Shown here: positions 18,250 through 27,693 of the stretch, piece after piece
Layout of the letters: each line of letters opens with the position of its first letter
Numbering within the stretch: position 1 is the first letter of the stretch
Source of the DNA: a virus
UHGV virus genome: UHGV-0286058
Strand: one strand, 5' to 3'
Length of the DNA: 30,759 nucleotides
Notes under the pieces: generated by a model
What the model was told of the DNA's origin: nothing
Database searches by the model: none
What the model saw: the letters and a program-made list of their open reading frames with translations, nothing else
Made by a program: the position numbers and the translations under genes

Positions 18250-18885
18250 ATGAATACTTTAAACAATATCCAAGAACTGGCCCGCGCGATTCGCAACCTC
18301 ATCCGCTCAGGCGTGGTGACGGAAGTCGACACCGTAGAGGGGCTGTGCCGCGTACAAAGCGGCGGGATCCAGACTACATGGCTGAACTGGCTGACCACCC
18401 GCGCCGGTCGTTCGCGGACGTGGTGGGCTCCCTCGGTCGGTGAGCAGGTTCTGCTGCTGGCAATCGGTGGCGAGCTTGATACCGCTTTCGTGCTGCCGGG
18501 TATTTTCTCCGACGATAACCCCGCCCCGTCTGCCTCGGCGGATGCGTGGCATGTGGCTTTCCCTGATGGTGCGGTCATTGAGTACGAGCCCGAGACCAGT
18601 GCGCTGACGGTCAGCGGCATAAAAACGGCCGACGTGACGGCATCGGAATCCATCATCGCAACCGTACCGCTGGTACTGGTGAAAGCCTCAACCAGTATCA
18701 CCCTCGACACCCCGGAGGTGATTTGCACCAACAAGCTAACGACGACGACGCTTGAGGTGCAAAAAGGCGGCACGATGAAAGGCAACATTGAGCATACCGG
18801 CGGGTCACTGTCGTCAAATGGCAAGGTACTCCATACCCATAAACACCCCGGCGACAGCGGCGGGACGACGGGGGCGCCGATATGA
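18250..18885 (+). CDS. V: baseplate assembly protein V (spike)
   Basis: 211 aa from ATG 18250 (P2 V 211 aa); track's upstream extension from 18187 rejected. Confidence 0.8.
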   Translation: MNTLNNIQELARAIRNLIRSGVVTEVDTVEGLCRVQSGGIQTTWLNWLTTRAGRSRTWWAPSVGEQVLLLAIGGELDTAFVLPGIFSDDNPAPSASADAWHVAFPDGAVIEYEPETSALTVSGIKTADVTASESIIATVPLVLVKASTSITLDTPEVICTNKLTTTTLEVQKGGTMKGNIEHTGGSLSSNGKVLHTHKHPGDSGGTTGAPI

Positions 18886-19229
18886 CAGTGCGCTATCAGG
18901 GTATGAATCGAAATACCGGACTCGGTATCAGCGACACTGAGCACATCAGCCAGAGCATGCGCGACATACTGCTGACGCCGGTCGGTTCGCGGGTGATGCG
19001 TCGTGAATATGGCTCGCTGCTGTCGACGCTGATTGATATGCCGCAAAACCCGGCGCTCAGGCTGCAAATTATGGTGGCGTGCTATTCGGCTATCCAGAAG
19101 TGGGAGCCGCGCATCAGGCTTACCGCTATCAGCTTTGAGACCGGCGGCGCTGGCGAAATGTATGTCGATATTACCGGGATGCGTACCGATACTGGTGCGT
19201 CAGTTTCAACCACTGTTTCACTGAGTTAA
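18882..19229 (+). CDS. W: baseplate wedge protein W
   Basis: 115 aa, same as P2 W; start overlaps V stop. Confidence 0.8.
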   Translation: MTVRYQGMNRNTGLGISDTEHISQSMRDILLTPVGSRVMRREYGSLLSTLIDMPQNPALRLQIMVACYSAIQKWEPRIRLTAISFETGGAGEMYVDITGMRTDTGASVSTTVSLS

Positions 19230-19235
19230 ATCACT

Positions 19236-20144
19236 ATGGCAACCGTTGACCTGAGTCAGTTACCCGTTCCCGACGTGGTTGAGGAACTGGACTATGAAAC
19301 CATCCTTGCGGAGCGCAAAGCGATACTGATTTCGCTCTATCCCGAAGACCAGCAGGAGGCCATTGCCCGGACACTGGCACTTGAGTCGGAGCCGATTGTT
19401 AAACTGCTGCAGGAAAACGCCTACCGTGAAGTTATCTGGCGTCAGCGGGTAAACGAAGCCGCGCAGGCGGTGACGCTGGCCTATTCCGCCGGTAACGACC
19501 TCGACGTCGTGGCCGGGAACAACAATACCGAACGCCTGACCATCACCCCGGCGGATGACACCACCATTCCGCCGACACCTGCCGTTATGGAATCCGATAC
19601 CGACCTGCGTCTGCGCACGCAACAGGCGTTTGAGGGCCTGAGCGTGGCGGGACCGGTCGGAGCATACGAGTATCACGGTCGCAGCGCCGACGGGCGGGTC
19701 GCTGACGTTTCGGTCGCAAGCCCGTCGCCAGCCTGCGTGACGATTACAGTGTTATCCCGGGAGGGTGACGGCACCGCCAGCCCTGATTTACTGGCGATTG
19801 TTGATAAATCGCTGAATGCCGAAGATGTGCGCCCCGTGGCCGACCGGGTGACTGTCCAGTCAGCCGAGATTGTGCCGTACCAGATTGACGCGACGCTCTA
19901 CGTCTACCCCGGCCCGGAATCTGAGCCCATCAGGCAGGCATCAGAGCAGAAGCTGCAGAGCTACATCAGTGCGCAGCACCGCCTCGGGCGAGATATTCGC
20001 CTGTCAGCCATTTACGCGGCGCTGCATGTTGAGGGGGTGCAGCGTGTCGAGCTGGCATCACCGCAGGCCGATATTGTGCTGAGTAAGTCGCAGGCGTCGA
20101 ACTGCACCGAGTATCAGATAACTATCGGGGGCTCGGATGAGTGA
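19236..20144 (+). CDS. J: baseplate assembly protein J
   Basis: 302 aa, same as P2 J; synteny. Confidence 0.8.
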   Translation: MATVDLSQLPVPDVVEELDYETILAERKAILISLYPEDQQEAIARTLALESEPIVKLLQENAYREVIWRQRVNEAAQAVTLAYSAGNDLDVVAGNNNTERLTITPADDTTIPPTPAVMESDTDLRLRTQQAFEGLSVAGPVGAYEYHGRSADGRVADVSVASPSPACVTITVLSREGDGTASPDLLAIVDKSLNAEDVRPVADRVTVQSAEIVPYQIDATLYVYPGPESEPIRQASEQKLQSYISAQHRLGRDIRLSAIYAALHVEGVQRVELASPQADIVLSKSQASNCTEYQITIGGSDE

Positions 20145-20745
20145 CCGGCTGTTACCCGTTGGCTCGTCGCCGCTGGAAGTTGCCGCCGCTACTGCACTCT
20201 CTGAGATTCAGCGCGTACCGGTACCGTTGCGCACCCTGTGGAACTGGCGTACCTGCCCGGTAAACCTGCTGCCGTATCTGGCGTGGGCGCTATCGGTCGA
20301 CCGGTGGGATGAAAAGTGGCCGGAGGCGACAAAGCGCAGCGTCTGCGCATCCTCGTTTTTCGTCCATCAGCACAAAGGCACCATCAGCGCATTACGTCGG
20401 GTGGTCGAGCCGCTCGGCTTTCTGATTGAGGTGCGCGAATGGTGGCAACTCAATGAGGAGCCTGGAACATTCCGTCTCGTTGTCGGTGTGCTCGACAGCG
20501 GCATCACTGACGAAATGTATCAGGAACTTGAGCGCCTGATTGAAGACGCCAAACCGGCAAGTCGTCACCTGACGGGGCTGGCTATCAGTCTGAGTGCAAC
20601 CGGCGAGCTGTACGTCGGCGTGGGATGCTACGACGGCGACGCGCTGACCGTTTACCCCTACACCCCCGAGGAAATTGTCGTCGGCGGTGAATATTACCCG
20701 GCCTCGGCCATCCATTTGATTGATAACCTGAGAGTGAACGCATGA
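20137..20745 (+). CDS. I: baseplate/tail protein I
   Basis: 202 aa; overlaps the J stop; synteny. Confidence 0.75.
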   Translation: MSDRLLPVGSSPLEVAAATALSEIQRVPVPLRTLWNWRTCPVNLLPYLAWALSVDRWDEKWPEATKRSVCASSFFVHQHKGTISALRRVVEPLGFLIEVREWWQLNEEPGTFRLVVGVLDSGITDEMYQELERLIEDAKPASRHLTGLAISLSATGELYVGVGCYDGDALTVYPYTPEEIVVGGEYYPASAIHLIDNLRVNA

Positions 20746-21767
20746 CCGCAAAATATTTTGCCATTCTGACCAATCAGGGCGCGGCGCGGCTGGCGAACGC
20801 GGCGGCTCTCGGTACCAGACTCAACCTGACGCAGATGGCCGTCGGTGATGCGAATGGTACGCTGCTGACCCCTGACCCGGCGCAGACGAAGCTCATTAAC
20901 CAAAAGCGCATCGCGTCACTGAACCTGCTGACCGTTGACCCGGCCAATACCAACCAGATTATCGCGGAACAGATTATTCCCGAGAATGAGGGCGGTTTCT
21001 GGATCCGCGAGATTGGTCTCTACGATGACGACGGCATTCTGATTGCCGTGGCGAACTGCCCGGAGACCTACAAGCCGCAATTGCAGGAGGGAAGCGGCCG
21101 CACACAGACCATTCGCATGATTCTGATTGTGTCGAACACATCGGCCATCACCCTGAAAATCGACCCGTCGGTCGTACTGGCAACGCGTCAGTATGTCGAC
21201 GATAAGGTTATTGAGGTCAAAGTCTATGCCGATAGCCTGCTGGCCGCACACCTCACCGCCTTGAACCCGCATTCGCAATACCTGCAAATCGCCGATATTG
21301 CGAAATATACGCCGGTAGGTATACCACTTCCTTTCCCGTCAGCAACGCCGCCGACAGGCTGGCTGAAATGCAACGGCGCGGCATTTGATAAGGTGAAATA
21401 TCCGGGGCTGGCTGCTGTATTTCCGTCTGGTTATTTGCCTGATTTACGTGGTGAGTTTATTCGCGGTTGGGATGACGGGCGCGGTATTGATTCAGGCCGC
21501 ATGTTACTGAGCGCGCAGACGGGAATGCTGGAAAGGCACCGACACTTCATCGTCGCGAATACTGCATATGAGGAAACCGATGAATGGGATATTGGTGTCA
21601 TTTATCGTTCTACATACGTGCAGGGACGCGGGCTTGATGCATCTTCGACTGGAGGTAGCTTGATTCCTACCCCGACCCTTCACTCTAAAGGTCGTGTAGG
21701 TAATACCGGCGGAGCTGAAACACGACCGCGTAACATCGCATTTAATTACATCGTGAGGGCGGCATAA
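20742..21767 (+). CDS. H: tail fibre protein H (short variant)
   Basis: 341 aa; conserved N-terminus MTAKYFAILTNQGAARLANA typical of P2-like H, but about half the length I recall for P2 H (about 669 aa). Confidence 0.7.
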   Translation: MTAKYFAILTNQGAARLANAAALGTRLNLTQMAVGDANGTLLTPDPAQTKLINQKRIASLNLLTVDPANTNQIIAEQIIPENEGGFWIREIGLYDDDGILIAVANCPETYKPQLQEGSGRTQTIRMILIVSNTSAITLKIDPSVVLATRQYVDDKVIEVKVYADSLLAAHLTALNPHSQYLQIADIAKYTPVGIPLPFPSATPPTGWLKCNGAAFDKVKYPGLAAVFPSGYLPDLRGEFIRGWDDGRGIDSGRMLLSAQTGMLERHRHFIVANTAYEETDEWDIGVIYRSTYVQGRGLDASSTGGSLIPTPTLHSKGRVGNTGGAETRPRNIAFNYIVRAA

Positions 21768-22363
21768 TGGCGAAAGCAACATTGAATAAAATCGGTATTG
21801 CCACAAAAGCCGGTGATATGACTGTTTATAACTACGACGGGGAAACGCGCGAGTTTCTGTCGACTTCCACCGAGTTTCTAGCGGTGGGCGTGGGGATTCC
21901 TGCCAATTCCTGTACCGATGCGCCGGTCGATGAGAAAGAAGGTTTTGCCATTTGCCGCACGGCCAGCCTTGATGGGTGGGATTATGTTGTCGACCACCGG
22001 GGCGAGACTGTGTATGACACCGAAACCGGCCAGCCTGTCGAGATGACAGGGCTTGGTGATTACCCTGATAATGTGACCACCATCGAGCCGCTGACGCCTT
22101 ATGACCGCTGGAATGGTAACGAGTGGGTTACAGATGCGGATGCGCAGAAAAGCGGCCAGGTTGCAGCGGCTCAACAGAAAAAAAACTCATTGCTGGCCGA
22201 GGCGCAAAGAACTGTCAGCCTGTGGCAAACCGAGCTGCAGCTCGGCATCATCAGCGACGATGACAAAGTCAGCCTGATTGCATGGATGAAATACATTCAG
22301 GCGCTGAACGCGGTCGACACCTCCACGGCACCGAGTATCGAGTGGCCGGTTAAACCGGAGTAA
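21767..22363 (+). CDS. G: tail fibre assembly chaperone G
   Basis: 198 aa; start overlaps the H stop (TAATG); position after H. Confidence 0.7.
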   Translation: MAKATLNKIGIATKAGDMTVYNYDGETREFLSTSTEFLAVGVGIPANSCTDAPVDEKEGFAICRTASLDGWDYVVDHRGETVYDTETGQPVEMTGLGDYPDNVTTIEPLTPYDRWNGNEWVTDADAQKSGQVAAAQQKKNSLLAEAQRTVSLWQTELQLGIISDDDKVSLIAWMKYIQALNAVDTSTAPSIEWPVKPE

Positions 22364-22365
22364 TG

Positions 22366-22392
22366 CTGGGCGGGCTAATGCCCGTCTTTTTT
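22366..22392 (+). terminator. putative intrinsic terminator after G
   Basis: GGGCGGGC-TAAT-GCCCGTC stem-loop followed by TTTTTT. Confidence 0.45.
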
Positions 22393-22494
22393 ATGATTTG
22401 TTTATGTGCCATCGGCTATCCATCGCCGACAAATAGCCCCTCTCAAGACCAGCCAGGACAATAACACTCGCCCACTAACCACGGAGTTAACCGG

Positions 22495-23673
22495 ATGAGT
22501 GATTTTCACCACGGCGTGCAGGTGCTTGAGATTAACGACGGCACCCGCGTCATTTCCACTGTTGCAACCGCAATTGTCGGCATGGTCTGCACGGCCAGCG
22601 ATGCGGATGCCGAAACATTCCCCCTCAACGAACCGGTACTGATTACCAATGTGCAAAGCGCCATTGCGAAAGCCGGTAAAAAAGGCACGCTGGCCGCGTC
22701 CCTGCAGGCCATCGCCGACCAGTCAAAACCTGTCACAGTTGTCGTGCGTGTTGCCGAAGGTACCGGAGAAGACGCCGAAGCGCAGACCATTTCCAATATC
22801 ATCGGCGGCACGGATGAGAACGGTAAATATACCGGCATCAAGGCGCTGTTGACTGCCGAAGCGGTCACCGGCGTTAAGCCGCGCATTCTCGGCGTGCCGG
22901 GTCTCGATACCAAAGAGGTCGCAGTCGCACTTGCTTCGGTCTGTATCAGCCTGCGCGCCTTTGGCTATATCAGCGCATGGGGTTGTAAAACCATTTCCGA
23001 GGCGATGGCCTATCGCGAGAATTTCAGCCAGCGCGAGCTGATGGTCATCTGGCCTGATTTCCTTGCATGGGATACCACCACAAACGCCACCGCACCGGCA
23101 TACGCAACTGCGTGCGCACTCGGCCTGCGTGCCTATATCGACCAGACCGTCGGCTGGCACAAAACCCTGTCTAACGTCGGCGTGCAGGGTGTTACCGGCA
23201 TCAGTGCGTCAGTGTTTTGGGATTTGCAGGCATCCGGCACCGATGCTGATCTGCTCAACGAGGCCGGGGTTACGACACTGGTGCGTAAGGATGGCTTCCG
23301 CTTTTGGGGTAACCGCACCTGCTCTGATGACCCGCTTTTCCTGTTTGAGAACTACACCCGCACCGCGCAGGTGCTGGCCGACACGATGGCCGAGGCGCAC
23401 ATGTGGGCGGTCGATAAGCCCATCACCGCATCACTTATCCGTGACATTGTCGACGGCATTAACGCCAAATTCCGCGAGCTGAAATCAAACGGCTACATCG
23501 TGGACGGTGAATGCTGGTTCGACGAGGAATCGAACGATAAGGAAACCCTCAAGGCCGGGAAACTGTATATCGACTACGACTATACACCGGTTCCACCACT
23601 GGAAAGCCTAACCCTGCGCCAGCGTATCACCGATAAATATCTGGTGGATCTGGCCGAATCGGTCAACAGCTAA
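22495..23673 (+). CDS. FI: contractile tail sheath protein
   Basis: 392 aa (P2 FI about 396 aa); followed by tube gene. Confidence 0.85.
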   Translation: MSDFHHGVQVLEINDGTRVISTVATAIVGMVCTASDADAETFPLNEPVLITNVQSAIAKAGKKGTLAASLQAIADQSKPVTVVVRVAEGTGEDAEAQTISNIIGGTDENGKYTGIKALLTAEAVTGVKPRILGVPGLDTKEVAVALASVCISLRAFGYISAWGCKTISEAMAYRENFSQRELMVIWPDFLAWDTTTNATAPAYATACALGLRAYIDQTVGWHKTLSNVGVQGVTGISASVFWDLQASGTDADLLNEAGVTTLVRKDGFRFWGNRTCSDDPLFLFENYTRTAQVLADTMAEAHMWAVDKPITASLIRDIVDGINAKFRELKSNGYIVDGECWFDEESNDKETLKAGKLYIDYDYTPVPPLESLTLRQRITDKYLVDLAESVNS

Positions 23674-23688
23674 GGAGCCTGAAACAAC

Positions 23689-24207
23689 ATGGCACTACCC
23701 CGCAAACTTAAATATCTGAACATGTTCAATGACGGCCTTAGCTACATGGGCGTTGTGGAATCCGTGACGCTGCCGAAGCTGACCCGCAAGCTCGAAAACT
23801 ATCGCGGCGGCGGCATGAATGGCGCGGCGGCGATTGACCTTGGTCTCGACGATGATGCGCTCACCGTCGAATGGTCTGTCGGTGGCCTGCCTGATGTGGC
23901 GCTGTGGGCGCAGTACGCCGCGCCGGGTGCTGACGCTGTGCCGTTGCGTTTTGCTGGCTCTTACCAACGTGACGACACTGGCGAAATCGTGGCGGTCGAG
24001 GTGGTCATGCGTGGCCGTCATAAAGAAATCGACGGCGGCGAGAATAAGCAGGGTGAAAACACCTCGACCAAACTGTCGACCGTATGCACCTATTACCGCC
24101 TCACGATTGATGGTAGCGACGTCATCGAAATCGACACCGTCAACATGGTTGAGAAGGTGAACGGCATCGACCGTCTGGAACAGCACCGCCGCGCAATCGG
24201 GCTGTAA
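23689..24207 (+). CDS. FII: tail tube protein
   Basis: 172 aa, same as P2 FII. Confidence 0.8.
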   Translation: MALPRKLKYLNMFNDGLSYMGVVESVTLPKLTRKLENYRGGGMNGAAAIDLGLDDDALTVEWSVGGLPDVALWAQYAAPGADAVPLRFAGSYQRDDTGEIVAVEVVMRGRHKEIDGGENKQGENTSTKLSTVCTYYRLTIDGSDVIEIDTVNMVEKVNGIDRLEQHRRAIGL

Positions 24208-24269
24208 TTCCCTGACCGGTCAGCACTGCTGGCCGGTTATTAATCCCCATTCAGAGCAGAGAAAACATC

Positions 24270-24605
24270 ATGGCAAAAGCACCCCGCAAAACCGCTGAAT
24301 TTATTGATACGGCTGGCAATGAAATTGAAACCGCAAACCCGAACGTCGTGACTCTCGACAAACCGATTAAACGCGCCGGTCAGACGATTGATAAAGTCAC
24401 CCTGATTGAGCCGAATGCCGGCACCCTGCGCGGCGTCAGTCTGGCGGCGGTGGCGCAGTCCGAAGTCGATGCACTGATTAAAGTCCTGCCCCGCATGACC
24501 TATCCCGCGCTCACCACGCAGGAGCTAACCGCGATGAACCTGCCCGATATGTTATCGCTGGCCGCTAAGGTGATTGGTTTTTTGTCACCGGCTTCGGCGG
24601 AATAG
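24270..24605 (+). CDS. E: tail assembly chaperone E
   Basis: 111 aa; carries slippery TTTTTTG near its 3' end; position before tape measure. Confidence 0.7.
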   Translation: MAKAPRKTAEFIDTAGNEIETANPNVVTLDKPIKRAGQTIDKVTLIEPNAGTLRGVSLAAVAQSEVDALIKVLPRMTYPALTTQELTAMNLPDMLSLAAKVIGFLSPASAE

Positions 24606-24757
24606 ACTTCCCGCCCGACCTGTCGACCGATGACCTGATGGCGGATATCGCAGTGATATTCCACTGGCCGCCATCAGAGCTTTATTCCCTGAGCCTGACC
24701 GAGCTCATCACATGGCGCGAAAAGGCGCTGCAGCGTAGCGGACACCACAATGAGTAA
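24270..24757 (+). CDS. E': tail assembly chaperone E+E' made by programmed -1 frameshift at TTTTTTG (24578-24584)
   Basis: After a -1 slip the frame stays open for 57 codons (VTGFGGIDFPPDLSTDDLMADIAVIFHWPPSELYSLSLTELITWREKALQRSGHHNE) and stops at TAA 24755-24757, overlapping the T start, as in P2 E/E'. Confidence 0.6.
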
Positions 24758-27194
24758 TAACCTGAGACTTGAGGTTTTGCTGAAAGCGGTCGACCAGGCA
24801 ACCCGACCGCTTAAATCCATCCAGACCGCGAGTAAAACCCTGTCGGGCGATATTCGCGACACACAAAAAGGGCTGCGTGACCTGAACGGGCAGGCCGCGA
24901 AAATCGACGGCTTTCGCAAAAACAGCGCTCAACTGGCCGTAACCGGCCAGTCGCTGGAGAAGGCAAAGCGCGAGGCTGAAGCGCTTGCCACGCAATTCAA
25001 AAATACTGAGCGCCCGACGCGAGCGCAGGCACAGGTGCTCGAATCCGCAAAACGTGCCGCCGAGGGGCTGCAGGTTAAATACAACAGCCTCACCGAGTCG
25101 GTTAAACGCCAGCAACGCGAGCTGGGTGCCGCCGGTATCAATACCCGCAATCTGGCAAACGATGAGCGGGGGCTTAAAACACGCATCAGCGAGACGACGG
25201 CGCAGCTCAACAGGCAGCGTGAAGCATTGGCGAAGGTCAGCGCACAGCAGGCGCACCTAAACCGAGTGAAAGAGCGATATAAATCGGGTAAGGAGCTTGC
25301 CGGTAACATGGCCGCTGCAGGTGCTGCCGGGGTCGGTATTGCGACAGCGGGAACGATGGCCGGGGTTAAATTGCTGATGCCCGGTTATGATTTTGCGCAA
25401 AAAAACTCCGAGCTGCAGGCTGTGCTCGGGGTCGATAAGCAGTCGCCAGAAATGCAGGCGTTACGCAAACAGGCGCGCCAGCTCGGTGACAATACAGCCG
25501 CTTCTGCTGATGATGCAGCCAGTGCGCAGATTATTATCGCCAAAGGGGGCGGCGATGCGGCAGCCATTCAGGCGACGACACCGGTCACCCTCAATATGGC
25601 GCTTGCCAACCGTCGCACGATGGAAGAAAACGCCGCATTACTGATGGGGATGCGCTCTGCGTTTCAGCTTTCCAATGAAAAGGTGGCGCACATTGGCGAC
25701 GTTCTGTCGACGGTGATGAATAAAACTGCTGCCGATTTCGACGGGCTGAGCGATGCGCTGACATACGCCGCGCCGGTGGCGAAAAATGCCGGTGTCAGCA
25801 TTGAAGAAACTGCCGCAATGGTGGGCGCCCTGCATGACGCCAAAATCACCGGCTCGATGGCCGGCACCGGGAGCCGTGCGGTTTTAAGCCGCCTGCAGGC
25901 TCCGACCGATAAAGCGTGGGATGCGCTTAAGGAGCTGGGTGTCAAAACTTCCGACAGTAAAGGCAACACGCGCCCGATTTTTACCATCCTCAAGGAAATG
26001 CAGGCCAGTTTTGAGCGTAACAATCTCGGCACAGGTCAACAAGCCGAATACATGAAAACGATATTCGGTGAGGAAGCCAGTTCGGCGGCGGCGGTGCTCA
26101 TGACTGCCGCCTCAACCGGCAAACTTGACCAGCTAACCTCCACCCTGAAAGCCTCAGACGGAAAAACTGCAGAGCTTGTTAAAATTATGCAGGACAACCT
26201 CGGCGGTGATTTTAAAGAGTTCCAGTCTGCTTATGAGGCTGTCGGTACCGACCTTTTTGACCAGCAAGAGGGCTCGCTGCGCAAACTCACCCAAACCGCC
26301 ACACAATACGTGTTGAAGCTCGACGGCTGGATCCAGAAAAACAAAGGGCTGACGACAACTATCGGGATTATTGCCGGTGGTGCGCTGGCGCTGATTGGTA
26401 TCATCGGCGGCATTGGTCTCGTTGCGTGGCCGGTTGTCATGGGGATTAATGCCATTATCGCCGCTGCTGGCGTGCTGGGTACGGTCTTTACTGTCGTCGG
26501 TAGTGCCATTGCGACAGCGCTCGGTGCGATTACTTGGCCGATAGTGGCCGTCGGTGCGGCGATTGTGGCGGGGGCGCAACTCATCCGTAAATATTGGGAG
26601 CCCATCAGCGCATTTTTCTCGGGAGTGATTGAGGGCATCATGAGTGCCTTTGCCCCAGTCGGGGAAATGTTCGCTCCACTGGCTCCCATTTTTGATGGTC
26701 TCGGCGAGAAACTGCGCGGCGTCTGGCAGTGGTTTAAAGACCTGATAGCACCGGTTAAGGCCACGCAGGAAACGCTTGATAGCTGCAAAAATGTCGGCGT
26801 CATATTTGGTCAGGCACTGGCCTCTGCCTTGATGGCTCCGCTCAATGTTTTTAACAAGCTGCGCAGCGGTGTCGACTGGCTTCTCGAAAAGCTCGGCATC
26901 ATCAACAAAGAGTCGGACAGCCTCGACCAGACCGCCGCCAAAACCAATGCCGCCACACAGGGTAATTCCTACATCCCGGCAACCAGCACATATGGCGGCT
27001 ATCAGGCTTATCAGCCAGTTACCGCACCGGCGGGGCGCTCTTACATTGACCAGAGCAAAAGCGAATACAACATCAATCTGCCGGGAGGTGTTGCGCCGGG
27101 GCATCAGCTTGACAGACAACTACGCGACACGCTCGAACAGATTGAGCGCGATAAACGCGCCCGCCAGCGTGCCAACATGACCCACGACTATTGA
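24750..27194 (+). CDS. T: tail tape measure protein
   Basis: 814 aa (P2 T about 815 aa); coiled-coil N-terminal region and Gly/Ala-rich hydrophobic segment. Confidence 0.85.
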   Translation: MSNNLRLEVLLKAVDQATRPLKSIQTASKTLSGDIRDTQKGLRDLNGQAAKIDGFRKNSAQLAVTGQSLEKAKREAEALATQFKNTERPTRAQAQVLESAKRAAEGLQVKYNSLTESVKRQQRELGAAGINTRNLANDERGLKTRISETTAQLNRQREALAKVSAQQAHLNRVKERYKSGKELAGNMAAAGAAGVGIATAGTMAGVKLLMPGYDFAQKNSELQAVLGVDKQSPEMQALRKQARQLGDNTAASADDAASAQIIIAKGGGDAAAIQATTPVTLNMALANRRTMEENAALLMGMRSAFQLSNEKVAHIGDVLSTVMNKTAADFDGLSDALTYAAPVAKNAGVSIEETAAMVGALHDAKITGSMAGTGSRAVLSRLQAPTDKAWDALKELGVKTSDSKGNTRPIFTILKEMQASFERNNLGTGQQAEYMKTIFGEEASSAAAVLMTAASTGKLDQLTSTLKASDGKTAELVKIMQDNLGGDFKEFQSAYEAVGTDLFDQQEGSLRKLTQTATQYVLKLDGWIQKNKGLTTTIGIIAGGALALIGIIGGIGLVAWPVVMGINAIIAAAGVLGTVFTVVGSAIATALGAITWPIVAVGAAIVAGAQLIRKYWEPISAFFSGVIEGIMSAFAPVGEMFAPLAPIFDGLGEKLRGVWQWFKDLIAPVKATQETLDSCKNVGVIFGQALASALMAPLNVFNKLRSGVDWLLEKLGIINKESDSLDQTAAKTNAATQGNSYIPATSTYGGYQAYQPVTAPAGRSYIDQSKSEYNINLPGGVAPGHQLDRQLRDTLEQIERDKRARQRANMTHDY

Positions 27195-27207
27195 GGGGGA
27201 TTAAACG

Positions 27208-27693
27208 ATGATGCTTGCTCTCGGAATGTTTGTGTTTGAACTTCGCACCCTGCCTTACCAGTCGATGCAGCATTCGAAAGATTATCGCTGGGTGTCCAAT
27301 GACCGGGTGGGTAAACCACCTGCCTATCAGTTTCTTGGCGAGGGGGAAACCTCGATACAGCTTGCTGGTACGCTATACCCCGCTATCACTGGCGGTTGGA
27401 TCTCACTAAAGGCTGTAGAGGTGATGGCCAATGAAGGCAGAGCGTGGCCGTTGATAGAGGGAACCGGAAATATCCTCGGGATGTATATCGTCGATAAAGT
27501 ATCGACTACACGCACCGAGTTTTTCAGTGATGGTGCGGCCAGAAAGATTGATTTCACGCTTTCGCTAAAACGGGTTGATGAATCGCTGACAGAGATGTTT
27601 GGTGACCTGAATAAACAGGCCAGTGAGCTTCTCGGCTCTGCCGGTAATTTGACAGATAAACTGCAGGGTATGCCCGGAGGTTTCACTGCATGA
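27208..27693 (+). CDS. U: tail protein U
   Basis: 161 aa; synteny with P2 U. Confidence 0.75.
   Translation: MMLALGMFVFELRTLPYQSMQHSKDYRWVSNDRVGKPPAYQFLGEGETSIQLAGTLYPAITGGWISLKAVEVMANEGRAWPLIEGTGNILGMYIVDKVSTTRTEFFSDGAARKIDFTLSLKRVDESLTEMFGDLNKQASELLGSAGNLTDKLQGMPGGFTA

Noticed and set aside
22364-22494. Possible cargo at the Z/fun locus between G and FI
   Set aside because: Only about 130 bp with a terminator and RBS; no ORF, so this classic P2 moron site is empty here.
24674-27180. Long antisense and alternative-frame ORFs within tape-measure gene T
   Set aside because: T's 814-aa frame matches the expected size; the alternatives are Arg/Ala/Ser-rich GC-driven artefacts.
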